The position numbers and the translations under genes are program-made. A DNA stretch of 64,000 nucleotides from Candidatus Peribacterales bacterium (GTDB taxonomy: Bacteria > Patescibacteriota > Gracilibacteria > Peribacterales > Peribacteraceae), in NCBI GenBank assembly GCA_020058765.1, contig JAGVDM010000001.1, positions 84,963-148,962 on the forward strand, written 5' to 3'. Of this stretch, positions 19,083 through 28,872 are shown in pieces (within the stretch, counting starts at the first letter, position 1; every line of letters begins with the position of its first letter). Below the pieces are notes generated by a model, which saw only the letters and a list, made by a program, of their open reading frames with translations, was not told where the DNA came from and did no database searches.

Positions 19083-21556
19083 CGCGGTGTGAGCAGCGTG
19101 CCCGGGTAGTAATACTGCAGGATCTGCTCTCCTGTTTTTCCTTCTAATGCTTGGCCTTTTGAGCCGCAGCCAGACATACCAACACCATGGCCATTCATGG
19201 GCATACCGTTGCACCACGGGTCTGGCTTTGAAGCGAACACTTCCGCGAAAGGATAATTGCCCCAACCAATTTCCGATGGCGCACGCGTGCGCCCGTCATC
19301 GCTCGAGAAGTACGCAGTCTTCACAATCTTGCCGTCTTTCTTCACAACAATATCCGCAGTACTCCGCACTGCACGTACCCATCCTGGGTGCGCCTCCTCA
19401 AATGCGACCCCACCGTACTTCTGGAATCGTGCGGGGCTGTCGTCACCGTCGTATGGCATACCCGGGAACTTACGATTCGTACTCTCCATGTAGTGTGCGG
19501 CATAGCTGCGTGCTGCCACGGCAAATGCGCGCTGCTTTTCGTAGGGTTCCGTATCTGGCTCTTCTGCCAGGCCTGCCAAATACTCCTCAAGGGGCAACTC
19601 ATTGATGAGCACGAGCTGGTCATCAATGACGCGGCACTCAATGATGCCACGGAAACGATTATGCGTTTGCTGCCAACTACTGATCGTAATTGGATCCGCA
19701 ACGCCCTGCATTTGCACAATGCCGCGAGCGATGACTGTTGGTCCATCGTAGGCGATGCATGTGTCGAATTCTTTCTGCACGCGAAGCGTTCCATATGCTG
19801 CAGTTTTGCCGGGGATCTGTATGCCCCCAGCTCCCTGCAAGGTGGCCTGCTGCCCTTCATAACTTAATCTGATCCGGATGGGTGCCGCATCATTCGATAC
19901 GGTGCGCCGTGCCGTAGCCCGGCTGCTGTTCGATGCAGCTGTTGCCGTAGGGCGCGGGCGGACAACACTCGGTTGCACGCGTACTGTTGCATCCTGCGCA
20001 GAGGGGGTCAGTCTTCCGCGCAGAGCAGGATCAATCGTGCGTCTGCCGCTCGCCTTGAGCGTATAGCGCACGTTGCCAATTTGTAACGTGGTAGAAACTG
20101 CCTCCCGCGGGAACTGAATGCGCAGAGTAATAATCGCGGTTTCTCCGGCGCGCACACTTTTGGGCAGGAGCAGTTCCTGTCGGATGCGCATTTCGCGTCC
20201 GGTGCCAATATCCTGCCACACGCCAATGCGCGAATCGGTACGCGTGACATCGGCAATACGATCCCGCTGCTTGGCACCACTGCTACCAGCGCGGTACAGC
20301 AGACTCACCTTTGTTTGGCCCCCAGGGAGCCCTGTAAGCTCCGTGCTCCCCACAGCGGAAAGCACAGGGGCACCAGCCTTCACCGCTGTCGGAGTAGTAA
20401 TGCCCTCACGATCCGTACGGCGCAGCGTTGTAGGGAACCGCACTGGCACATCAATGTCGCCCTCCTCCACATGGCGGCGCACTTGGGTCATAACCTGATT
20501 CATGTAGTACCCCGGGCACGCGGTGCTCACCAGGGCACCGTGCCCCACAATCTGCTCAAGCTTCTCGCCGTGGTAATCCACCGCTGTGGAGAAATCCACT
20601 TTGTACTCTCTAGCCAAGTCGTACAGAAGCCACTGCAAGCTCTTCACCTGCGCCTGTGTTGGTTGCTCCACCTCAAAGTTTCCCATCAATGCAATGCCGA
20701 TGGTGCTCACATTGGAGCAATACGCATGGCCTCCCACTACGTATTTTCCTCCAGCCTTTCCTTCGTAGATCTGCCCCTCTTCATCCACCACAAAGTGGTA
20801 GCCAATATCCCCCCATCCGCGGCTATCCGCGTGGTAGGTGTAGAGCGCACGCATCCGTTCATGCGGGGGGCGAGGGTCGTCCGTCACTTTAATAGCGGTG
20901 TGGTGCACCACAAGCAGACGCACATCATTGGAGTACTCCTGCGCCCAGCGGAGCTTCTCACCAGATTTCGTATGCGTTACTGTGCGCGCCGTGCGGAAAT
21001 CCCGCGGGAAATCCTCTTGCCACTGTTTGCACTGCTCGATGCGCGCAGAGGATGTACTGCTGTTGGTCGAGCCGTTTTCTTCCGGTGCGATGTCCGATCG
21101 TTCCACTTCTTCTCCGTCCACAAGCAAGCTTTCATCTGCACCCCACTGCGCTCGCGTGAGAACCCTTGGCGCACCTACCAATCCCTGTGCTGCCACTTCG
21201 TATGAAGGTGGTGCATGTGATACACGGATAGGATGCATGTCGTACTCCTTCGTTGCGCCACGTACCCGCACATCGGTCACCGGCTCGGGGAACAGAACCA
21301 AGTTCGATTCTCTCAGCAGCGGGTCGAATTCTTTTTCGATCTCCAATGTTTCCCATGGTTGCCATGTGCCGTCTACGCGCGCGCTCACCTGCAACTGAAT
21401 GTCATCGGTGGGTACGCCAATGCTTAGCGCATCAATGGGATCATCAAAACGATGCAGCTGTGGCTGGTCGAGCGCAGTTGCTCCTGTAAGCAAGGCACAG
21501 GAAACAATGGCGATACTCCTCGTGCAGGCCGCGAGGCGTGTGGAACGAATCCGCAT
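19079..21556 (-). CDS. Secreted N-acetylmuramoyl-L-alanine amidase (Amidase_2) fused to a SpoIID/LytB domain
   Basis: Signal-like N-terminus; RAQWGA, VVHHTA, GWGDIGYHF, GGHA, TACPG; C-terminal LEEYL, AVAARSY, GHGVGMS, ILQYYYPG. Confidence 0.9.
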   Translation of the reverse strand: MRIRSTRLAACTRSIAIVSCALLTGATALDQPQLHRFDDPIDALSIGVPTDDIQLQVSARVDGTWQPWETLEIEKEFDPLLRESNLVLFPEPVTDVRVRGATKEYDMHPIRVSHAPPSYEVAAQGLVGAPRVLTRAQWGADESLLVDGEEVERSDIAPEENGSTNSSTSSARIEQCKQWQEDFPRDFRTARTVTHTKSGEKLRWAQEYSNDVRLLVVHHTAIKVTDDPRPPHERMRALYTYHADSRGWGDIGYHFVVDEEGQIYEGKAGGKYVVGGHAYCSNVSTIGIALMGNFEVEQPTQAQVKSLQWLLYDLAREYKVDFSTAVDYHGEKLEQIVGHGALVSTACPGYYMNQVMTQVRRHVEEGDIDVPVRFPTTLRRTDREGITTPTAVKAGAPVLSAVGSTELTGLPGGQTKVSLLYRAGSSGAKQRDRIADVTRTDSRIGVWQDIGTGREMRIRQELLLPKSVRAGETAIITLRIQFPREAVSTTLQIGNVRYTLKASGRRTIDPALRGRLTPSAQDATVRVQPSVVRPRPTATAASNSSRATARRTVSNDAAPIRIRLSYEGQQATLQGAGGIQIPGKTAAYGTLRVQKEFDTCIAYDGPTVIARGIVQMQGVADPITISSWQQTHNRFRGIIECRVIDDQLVLINELPLEEYLAGLAEEPDTEPYEKQRAFAVAARSYAAHYMESTNRKFPGMPYDGDDSPARFQKYGGVAFEEAHPGWVRAVRSTADIVVKKDGKIVKTAYFSSDDGRTRAPSEIGWGNYPFAEVFASKPDPWCNGMPMNGHGVGMSGCGSKGQALEGKTGEQILQYYYPGTLLTPR

Positions 21557-21583
21557 GAGGGCAGAAGTATACTCGATTCAGCC

Positions 21584-22675
21584 CTACGCTGCGAGCAAAT
21601 GCTCATATGCGCTCACCATCGTTTCCAGTCCGAATTTCCGATGCGCGAGTTCCTGAGCGCCCTTCGAAAGATCTGTACGCAGAGAAATATTCTCGCATTC
21701 GTGAAGTGCCTTACACAATGCGCCTGCGTCGCCCGCTGGTACCACCAAGCCTGTCCCCGGTTCTACGTATTCCGCGATGCCACATGCGTCGGTCACAATC
21801 ACTGGTGTGCCCATTGCCATTGCCTCCGCAGCAACGAGACCAAATGGGTCGTGCTCGCGAGATGGAAGCACGAGCACATCACATTCTTGGTAGAACGCGC
21901 CAAGATCATCACATTGTGGCTGCAGAGTGATGCGCTCCTTGCAGTGTGTATTCTCGATCATTGCACGCAGGTGCGATTCCTCTGGGCCTTTCCCTACAAT
22001 GTGCAGCGTTGCCTGTGGTTGAGTGGCAACTGCTTGCACAAGCAGATCAACACCCTTGTCGTGCGTGAGGCGGGCAACGCAACCGATGTGCAATGTTTCG
22101 TGTTTCTGGCGTCGGTTTTTTGTAACGGTAAATCGCGTGAGATCAATTCCATTCGGTATTGCGACTATGCGGTGGTCCGGCCACCCAAGGTGCAAGTAGA
22201 TACTTTTGCTCAATCCTGAAACACACACTGTCGTGGCACTTGCGGCTAGCCTCCGTAGCAGTGGCAGCCAAGGGTTCCACCGCAACCATCGCCCCACTCG
22301 GTCGTGCTCCAGCCACAGTACATGGCAACCCCGTCTTTTGGCGTCTGCTGTTAGCAACAGCTTTTCACTCATACTCAGCATCACCACGGCGTCTGGCTTC
22401 TGCAATGCATCCAGTGCATCTGTAAGCAAACGGCGCATACCACGTTGTCGCCACGCAAAAGAGGCCGCGAGTATTTCTGTGACCGGTGGTGATCCAATAT
22501 CCAATGCATGCGTATCAATTCCTGCTGCTTTGCAGAGCTTGAGTAATACAGGGCAACTCCCCAAGAATTGCACGTCATGTCCGCGCTCCTTGAGCCCGCG
22601 CATGAGCGACATCGTCTGCACCTCGGCACCACCATGTGCGCTCTCCAGCGGGAATCGGGTAAAAAGGATTCGCAT
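21584..22675 (-). CDS. Glycosyltransferase family 4
   Basis: GGAE, IPNGID, ARL..DKG, PFGLVAAEAMAMGTPVI. Confidence 0.92.
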   Translation of the reverse strand: MRILFTRFPLESAHGGAEVQTMSLMRGLKERGHDVQFLGSCPVLLKLCKAAGIDTHALDIGSPPVTEILAASFAWRQRGMRRLLTDALDALQKPDAVVMLSMSEKLLLTADAKRRGCHVLWLEHDRVGRWLRWNPWLPLLRRLAASATTVCVSGLSKSIYLHLGWPDHRIVAIPNGIDLTRFTVTKNRRQKHETLHIGCVARLTHDKGVDLLVQAVATQPQATLHIVGKGPEESHLRAMIENTHCKERITLQPQCDDLGAFYQECDVLVLPSREHDPFGLVAAEAMAMGTPVIVTDACGIAEYVEPGTGLVVPAGDAGALCKALHECENISLRTDLSKGAQELAHRKFGLETMVSAYEHLLAA

Positions 22676-22713
22676 GCCCGTAGCATACGGCAATCTCGCC
22701 TTGTTCGTGCAGA

Positions 22714-23169
22714 CTACCTCGTAAGACCAAACCAGCGCGCGAATTCGTCGAGCATGAATTCCCACCAGGCACCATCCTGCTGCCAGCGTTGCTCGCGCAA
22801 TGTCTTGAGTTGCTCCTGTGGATCTGGCGCGCTGCCATGGAGCTGCTGCTCCAATTCTTTTTCTATATCCAGAGCAATAAGGCTATGCAATTCAGTATAT
22901 TGCTCGTGTGTACGCTGAATGATGAGCTCAAATCGATCGTTGCGCTCTTTACTGGTTGGTACAGATACCTCTCCCGCTTTCTCCGGCACCAGCTGACCCA
23001 TCAGCATGGAATCCGTTCCGCGGACAGAAGCAACGATACCAGTGAGCACCAGCAATCCAACAATCACTACCGCAGTGATCTTCTGGGTAATGTCGCAGCG
23101 AGCCTTTCTGTAGAGCGGTGTTTGTATTGTGTCCACGAATATATTATACAATAATTCGTGATTATACAC
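22714..23169 (-). CDS. Hypothetical membrane-anchored coiled-coil protein
   Basis: One TM segment followed by a Glu/Gln-rich helix; start uncertain. Confidence 0.5.
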   Translation of the reverse strand: MYNHELLYNIFVDTIQTPLYRKARCDITQKITAVVIVGLLVLTGIVASVRGTDSMLMGQLVPEKAGEVSVPTSKERNDRFELIIQRTHEQYTELHSLIALDIEKELEQQLHGSAPDPQEQLKTLREQRWQQDGAWWEFMLDEFARWFGLTR

Positions 23170-23205
23170 AATAACCTATACAGACCTCAATACAGAGCTC
23201 AATAG

Positions 23206-23478
23206 CTAATCTGTCTCACCGTACTCCACGTTTTTGTAGCCAAATGGGTAGGGCCAGCGTGGGCGGGGGCCGCTGGGTGTTTGCACAATTTCACGCACGT
23301 TCTTCAGCACGTCGTCACGACCCTGTTGCACTGATTGCGTGGCGGCAGCCTGTTCAGCTTCTTGTAACTCATCTACCCCTTGGTCTTCGGTAACGGTGTC
23401 TTGCTCAGCATCATCTTCTGCGATTACCGTGGTTGCTGGCATACGGAGTTCTTCTGATTTCAGTGTACCGATGGACAT
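23206..23478 (-). CDS. Small acidic hypothetical protein
   Basis: About 90 aa; C/T-rich leader like other genes in the window. Confidence 0.5.
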   Translation of the reverse strand: MSIGTLKSEELRMPATTVIAEDDAEQDTVTEDQGVDELQEAEQAAATQSVQQGRDDVLKNVREIVQTPSGPRPRWPYPFGYKNVEYGETD

Positions 23479-23666
23479 ACAGAGGAAGGGGATGGGAAAT
23501 GAGTGCGCAGAGTTTGCTGTGAGCACTGCCGAATCGCAATAACTTTCGTGACTTGTAAAAAGTGGCTTAAAACCAAGGAAAAACCTACATCCAATACAAT
23601 CGAATGCCCTTCCAGAGCGCGTCAGCTATCCGGTGAGGTAGCGTGTGAGGTTGTTGCGATACGCTA

Positions 23667-24971
23667 CTAGCGCGGGACGATCTTCTCTTGCCCGTCCATG
23701 TACGGTCGCAACGGTTCTGGCACCGTAATGCTTCCGTCCGCATTCTGGTACATTTCCAAAATCGGAATGAGGATGCGAGGGCTAGCGATACAGGTGTTGT
23801 TCAGCGTGTGCACAAAGCGGCGCTTTCCATCTGCGTCGGTGTACTTGATGTTCAGGCGTCGAGCCTGGAAGTCGCCCAAGTAGCTGCAGCTGTGGGTTTC
23901 CCCATAGGCGTTGCGGCTGGGCATCCACGTTTCAATGTCCTGCATATACACCTTGCCCTTGCCCATATCGCCCGTGCAGATATCCAAAATCCTGTATGGG
24001 AGTTTGAGCGCCTGCAGCACATCTTCAGCATTTGTACGGATCTCCTCGAAAATCGCGAGCGCCTCCTCTTGGTCCGCGCGGCAGAGCACGACCTGCTCCA
24101 CCTTTTCAAACTGATGCACGCGGTAGAGACCCTTGGTGTCTTTGCCGTAGGAGCCTGCTTCGCGGCGGAAGCATGCGCTATAGCCGGCGTATCGCTTTGG
24201 CAGCTCCGCTTCGGCGAGCGTTTCATCCTTATGGTAACTGCATACTGTCACTTCCGATGTGCCGATCAAATACACACCGTCACCAGTGATCGGTCCATCT
24301 TTCACCTCCTGCCCACCCACGGTGTAGATGTTCTGCTGATCCACACCCGGGAAGAACCCCGTACCCATAAAGCAGTCGTAGTTGGCAAGCAGCGGCGGGC
24401 TGAAGAGCGTCCAGCCTTTGCGCGTGAGGGAATCCATAGTGAATCGCAGCACCGCGTGGTGCAGGCGGGCGCCATCTCCTTTTAGGAAGTAGCTCCGTGC
24501 TCCGGACACTTTTGCTCCGCGAGGCAGATCGATGATATCGAGCGCTTCACCGAGCGTGACGTGATCCTTCGGTTCAAATGCGAATGTTGGCGCTTCGCCC
24601 CAGCGGCGCGCTTCTACGTTCTCCGCGTCACTTTTCCCCACTGGTACCGTTGGCAACGGGAGCGCAGGCAGCATGTATTGCAAGTCCTGCCATGCGGCTT
24701 CGGCCGTCTTCAATTCCTCCTCCTTCACTTTCAACGTCACGCCGAGTTCTTTCATCTCTGCAAGTGCCTTCTCCTTTTGTGCGCCCTGCATTTTTGGAAT
24801 GTCCTTACTGACCGTGTTCTTCGTAGCGCGCATGGCATCTACTTCCACCTGCAGCGCACGTCGGTCTTCATCGAGCGCCAAGAAGTCATCTACATTGAAT
24901 GTAATGTTCTTCGCGTCCGCTGCACGCTGGTATTCCTGTGGCCGGGCTCGGAGGTCATCTAAGTCAATCAT
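23667..24971 (-). CDS. serS: Serine--tRNA ligase
   Basis: N-terminal coiled arm, GTSE, FRREAG, RVHQFEKVE, ETHSCS, HTLNNT. Confidence 0.97.
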   Translation of the reverse strand: MIDLDDLRARPQEYQRAADAKNITFNVDDFLALDEDRRALQVEVDAMRATKNTVSKDIPKMQGAQKEKALAEMKELGVTLKVKEEELKTAEAAWQDLQYMLPALPLPTVPVGKSDAENVEARRWGEAPTFAFEPKDHVTLGEALDIIDLPRGAKVSGARSYFLKGDGARLHHAVLRFTMDSLTRKGWTLFSPPLLANYDCFMGTGFFPGVDQQNIYTVGGQEVKDGPITGDGVYLIGTSEVTVCSYHKDETLAEAELPKRYAGYSACFRREAGSYGKDTKGLYRVHQFEKVEQVVLCRADQEEALAIFEEIRTNAEDVLQALKLPYRILDICTGDMGKGKVYMQDIETWMPSRNAYGETHSCSYLGDFQARRLNIKYTDADGKRRFVHTLNNTCIASPRILIPILEMYQNADGSITVPEPLRPYMDGQEKIVPR

Positions 24972-25064
24972 TGCGTGCAGAATACCTCGGGGAGAAGGCT
25001 TGTTGCCAGAGAACCGGGCACGGTTTGTACACGACGCCACTCTCTTGTAGTAGCCTGTGTACGC

Positions 25065-25799
25065 ATGGCTCTTCTTTCGCTCAGCGACATTTCTTTTGGG
25101 ATCGGGCAGCACCAGATTCTGCGAAACATCGCTTTCGATGTAGCAGAGGGCGACATCGTGGGTCTTATTGGGCCCAATGGTTCCGGCAAAACAACACTCT
25201 TCAACGTACTCTCTGGGTTCCTTAAGCCCAGCAGCGGCGCGATTCTCTATCGTGAGGGCGACATTACCGCGCTCTCTGCGGCGCGCAGATCAAGGTTAGG
25301 GATCGGCCGTGTGTTCCAGAACTTCGGCATCTTCCGCGATATGACGCTGGAAGAAAATGTGCTCGTAGCCCTCGAAGCGCTCCCAAAAGATCGCCGTATT
25401 CAGTTGGGAGATTTGCGAACGGTAGTAGGGGAAACGCTCGAAATGGTCGGGCTCAGTTCGCATGCCAAAAAGAAAGCAGGCTGCCTTTCTGGTGGGCAGA
25501 TGCGTCTGCTGGAAATTGCTCGTACGCTCAAGAGCGGCAAGGAACTATTCCTCTTAGATGAGCCTACGGCGGGCGTGTCTCCCAAAATGACGGGACAGGT
25601 CGCCGATCTTATTACAGCACTCAAGCGTGAGGGGAAAACAGTGCTCATCATCGAGCATGACCTTCCGTTCATCGGCAGCATTTGCGATCGCGTGATTGTG
25701 ATGGATGTAGGGCAGATTGTTCTGCAGGGCACCCCGGGCGAGGTGAAGAAGAGCAAAGAGCTGCAGGAGATCTATTTTGGAGCGGACCCCACAACGTAA
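25065..25799 (+). CDS. Branched-chain amino acid-type ABC transporter ATP-binding protein (LivG/F-like)
   Basis: GPNGSGKTT, LSGGQ, LLDEPTAG, IEHD. Confidence 0.9.
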   Translation: MALLSLSDISFGIGQHQILRNIAFDVAEGDIVGLIGPNGSGKTTLFNVLSGFLKPSSGAILYREGDITALSAARRSRLGIGRVFQNFGIFRDMTLEENVLVALEALPKDRRIQLGDLRTVVGETLEMVGLSSHAKKKAGCLSGGQMRLLEIARTLKSGKELFLLDEPTAGVSPKMTGQVADLITALKREGKTVLIIEHDLPFIGSICDRVIVMDVGQIVLQGTPGEVKKSKELQEIYFGADPTT

Positions 25800-25878
25800 G
25801 GTCGTGGAGGAAAATATTGCCAAATACCTCGCAGAGCGCGAGAATTTTGCAGATATACCCCTTTTACCCCACTTATCC

Positions 25879-26997
25879 ATGAAGAAGTCATTACTCTTGG
25901 GTGCCGCAGCTCTGGCACTCGTTGGCTGCCAGCCAGCCACGCCAGACGTGATCACAAATGAGCCGATTAAAATTGGTCTGATTGCTCCTCTTACGGGCGA
26001 TGCAGCCGGTCTCGGTGCAGACGTATCCAACGGTGCACAGATGGCAGTCGCAAAGATCAACGCTGCCGATGGCATTGGTGGCCGACAGATTCAATTGATT
26101 ATGGAAGACGGCAAATGCGCAGGAGCCGATGCGGCAACAGCTGCCCAGAAGCTCGTGAATGTCGATAAGGTCGTTGCGATTGTTGGTGGCCTCTGCAGCG
26201 GTGAAACACTTGCAGCTGCTCCTATTGTAGAAGCAGCAAAGGTCATTCTGCTTTCTCCAACGAGCAGTAGCCCAGATGTGACTGCCGCAGGTGAATTTGT
26301 GTTCCGCAACTATCCAAGCGATGCGCTCAAGACCGTTGCGATGGCCAAGTATTTCCAGGATAAAGGTTTCACGAAAGTGGCCATCATCAGCGAGAACACA
26401 GACTTCTCCCAAGGATTCCGAGACTCCCTCGCAGAGCAGCTGCCTGAGGGCACAATCGTTTTCGACGAAACAGTCGATCCTGGCACAAAGGACTTCCGCA
26501 CGCTCGTGACACGCTTGAAGGATATGGAGTTCGATGTGTTCGTTCCGAACGGCAACAGCGATGCAGTGATTGGGCCAATGATCGAGCAGCTGCGTGAGCA
26601 GGGGCTTACTCAGCCAGCAGTCGGTCATGATGCGGCTGATTCCGTCACCATGGCGAAAGATCTACCAGAGGCAACGAACAACCTCTTTGTGATCAACGTT
26701 GCTTCTGAGCTTGCGGATGCAGACTTCGCCCCAATGTTTGAGGCGGAATACGGTGCACCGCAGTACGGCATCTCTTTCGCAGGTTACGCGAGTGATGCAG
26801 TGCATGTACTTGCACAGGCAATGATCGAGGTAGGTACCGATGGATCGGCATTGCAGCAGTACCTGCTGAGCATGCCGGATTACACTGGCGCAGTGGGCAC
26901 GTTCCACTTCGATCAGAACGGCGATGTGGTAGGTATTCCCTACGTTCTCAAAGAATACGTGGATGGTGAAATCATCACGCGTAATCCCCTCAACTAA
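25879..26997 (+). CDS. Liv-type ABC transporter substrate-binding lipoprotein
   Basis: Lipobox LVGC; IKIGLIAPLTG, EDGKC, GGLCSG. Confidence 0.9.
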   Translation: MKKSLLLGAAALALVGCQPATPDVITNEPIKIGLIAPLTGDAAGLGADVSNGAQMAVAKINAADGIGGRQIQLIMEDGKCAGADAATAAQKLVNVDKVVAIVGGLCSGETLAAAPIVEAAKVILLSPTSSSPDVTAAGEFVFRNYPSDALKTVAMAKYFQDKGFTKVAIISENTDFSQGFRDSLAEQLPEGTIVFDETVDPGTKDFRTLVTRLKDMEFDVFVPNGNSDAVIGPMIEQLREQGLTQPAVGHDAADSVTMAKDLPEATNNLFVINVASELADADFAPMFEAEYGAPQYGISFAGYASDAVHVLAQAMIEVGTDGSALQQYLLSMPDYTGAVGTFHFDQNGDVVGIPYVLKEYVDGEIITRNPLN

Positions 26998-27014
26998 CGG
27001 AGCACTACACAATG

Positions 27015-27048
27015 AACAGGGAGGAAGAGCGCTCTTCCTCCCTGTTTT
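27015..27048 (+). terminator. Perfect inverted repeat after the binding-protein gene (terminator or mRNA stabiliser)
   Basis: AACAGGGAGGAAGAGC|GCTCTTCCTCCCTGTT is a 32 bp perfect palindrome followed by TT. Confidence 0.75.
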
Positions 27049-27066
27049 GTGATACCGTTTCCTCCA

Positions 27067-27945
27067 ATGCAGCTCCTCGTGAACGCCCTCATTGCTGGAT
27101 CGCTCGCCGCCCTCATCGCCGGCGGGCTTGCGCTTGTGTACGGCGTGCTTGGGATCTTTAACATGGCTCTCGGGCAACTGGTGCTCATTGGCGGATACGC
27201 AACATGGTGGTTGTATCAAGTGGCGGGCTTGCCTTTGATAGTGAGCATTCTGGGTGGTCTTGCCACTGGCGCACTCTGCACGTGGCTCACGTTCGAAGTG
27301 TTCGTGAATCCTTTCTATCGCAAGCACCGCTTCCTTCCGCTGGTTACCACCATCGCCTGGAGCATGATCCTGGATGGGCTCATTTTGCTCCTCTTTGAGG
27401 AGCGTCCGCGGAGCATTATTTCGGGTTTGCCCGAAGGATTTATTCTTTGGGGGGCGCACATAAGTATGCAACAGTGCGTACTTGTATCGGTCACAGTGTG
27501 CGCACTCTGCGCGTTTGGGTACGTGTTTCATTGCACGTCCCTCGGCAGGCGCTTACGTGCCGTGGTGCAGAACACGCATGCCAGCTTGAGCCTCGGTATC
27601 AATGCTCCGCTCTTGTACCGAGCTATTTTCATCATGAGCGGCGTGTTTGCAGCGGGCGGTGGCATCTTCATTGGTATCGACCAAAACCTCTCGCCTACGC
27701 TCGGGTTTACCTACACCATCAAGGCATACGCGGCGATCATTGCTGGTGGGAAGGGGAACGTATGGGGTGCAGTGTTGTGCGCGTACATCATCGCGCTCCT
27801 CGAACAATTGCTCGTTGGCGTGCACTGGTTCAACGCCTTCTACGTCCCTGCTGGCTACCAGCAAACGGTCGCGCTCCTCTTCATCATTGGTATTCTGCTC
27901 CTGCGCCCGCAGGGATTGTTCGCTCACAAAGTCCGCTCCGCCTGA
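27067..27945 (+). CDS. Liv-type ABC transporter permease (LivH-like)
   Basis: GLALVYGVLGIFNMA, LGRRLRAV, LLLRPQGLF. Confidence 0.9.
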   Translation: MQLLVNALIAGSLAALIAGGLALVYGVLGIFNMALGQLVLIGGYATWWLYQVAGLPLIVSILGGLATGALCTWLTFEVFVNPFYRKHRFLPLVTTIAWSMILDGLILLLFEERPRSIISGLPEGFILWGAHISMQQCVLVSVTVCALCAFGYVFHCTSLGRRLRAVVQNTHASLSLGINAPLLYRAIFIMSGVFAAGGGIFIGIDQNLSPTLGFTYTIKAYAAIIAGGKGNVWGAVLCAYIIALLEQLLVGVHWFNAFYVPAGYQQTVALLFIIGILLLRPQGLFAHKVRSA

Positions 27946-27948
27946 TCT

Positions 27949-28803
27949 ATGAATTTCGCTTGGCACATCATTACGCTCATCGCGATCCAAATGCCGGCGA
28001 TACTCGGGTACAACTTCGTGTTCGGGAAAGGCAAAATCTTCCACTTCGGCCCGCTCGGCGTATCGCTCATTACCGCGTACGCATCGGTGCTCACACTGGT
28101 GCATACACAAAGCTTCGTCCTCTCATTCGTTGCCGGCTTGTGCGCCGCACTCCTCGTGTCGCTACTCTTCGCGTGGCTATCGTTCCGGCTAGAAGCAGAC
28201 GGGCTTGGTGTAATTTCTCTCGCTGTGCACCTTGGTCTCATGGCTGTGGTGTTGAATTCGAACGTGCTCACCCGGGGTGCACTCGGTATACCTGGAGTGA
28301 AGCGTATGGCGTTCTTGCAGTCCGTGAGCGACTTCGCCATTTTTAGTGGCGTCATTGCCGTCATCGCTATCATCGCGGCGTATTTCCTCAATCGCAGTGC
28401 CTTCGGCCGGCGTCTTTCCGCGCTTGCGGAGCACAATTGGTATGCCGAGGCCGTAGGTGTGAACCGGCGCCACACACATACATGGGCGTTCGTCATTGCG
28501 GCGATTGGATCTACATTCAGCAATTTTCTTTTTCCGCAGTACCTCACGCTCCTCCATCCCAGCGATTACCAATTCCATTCGTTCGTCTTCTACATCATGG
28601 TGATTGTGGCCGGGAATCCGGGGAGCGTTCTTGGTGTGGCTACCTCCACAGCGCTACTCATGATCCTGAAGGAATCCATCCGCTTCATTGCATTACCTGC
28701 AGCCATGATTGGCCCGGTGCGGCTCATGCTATTTGGTGCGGTACTCTTCGCCGCGGTGTGCTGGAGGCGAGACACGCTCTTTCCGCCGAAGCGCGAAGTG
28801 TAG
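27949..28803 (+). CDS. Liv-type ABC transporter permease (LivM-like)
   Basis: LTRGALGI, SAFGRRLSAL, AEAVGVN; multiple TM segments. Confidence 0.88.
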   Translation: MNFAWHIITLIAIQMPAILGYNFVFGKGKIFHFGPLGVSLITAYASVLTLVHTQSFVLSFVAGLCAALLVSLLFAWLSFRLEADGLGVISLAVHLGLMAVVLNSNVLTRGALGIPGVKRMAFLQSVSDFAIFSGVIAVIAIIAAYFLNRSAFGRRLSALAEHNWYAEAVGVNRRHTHTWAFVIAAIGSTFSNFLFPQYLTLLHPSDYQFHSFVFYIMVIVAGNPGSVLGVATSTALLMILKESIRFIALPAAMIGPVRLMLFGAVLFAAVCWRRDTLFPPKREV

Positions 28804-28872
28804 TGTGCAAATCCACAGAACTTTACAGAGAATTGCTGGAGCGAAACGCTGTTGTGGGTACAATCAACCGAC

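Noticed and set aside
23141-23181. AT-rich imperfect direct repeat ATTATAC(AC)AATAA
   Set aside because: Only two short imperfect copies in a promoter-like AT-rich patch; too weak to call an operator or iteron
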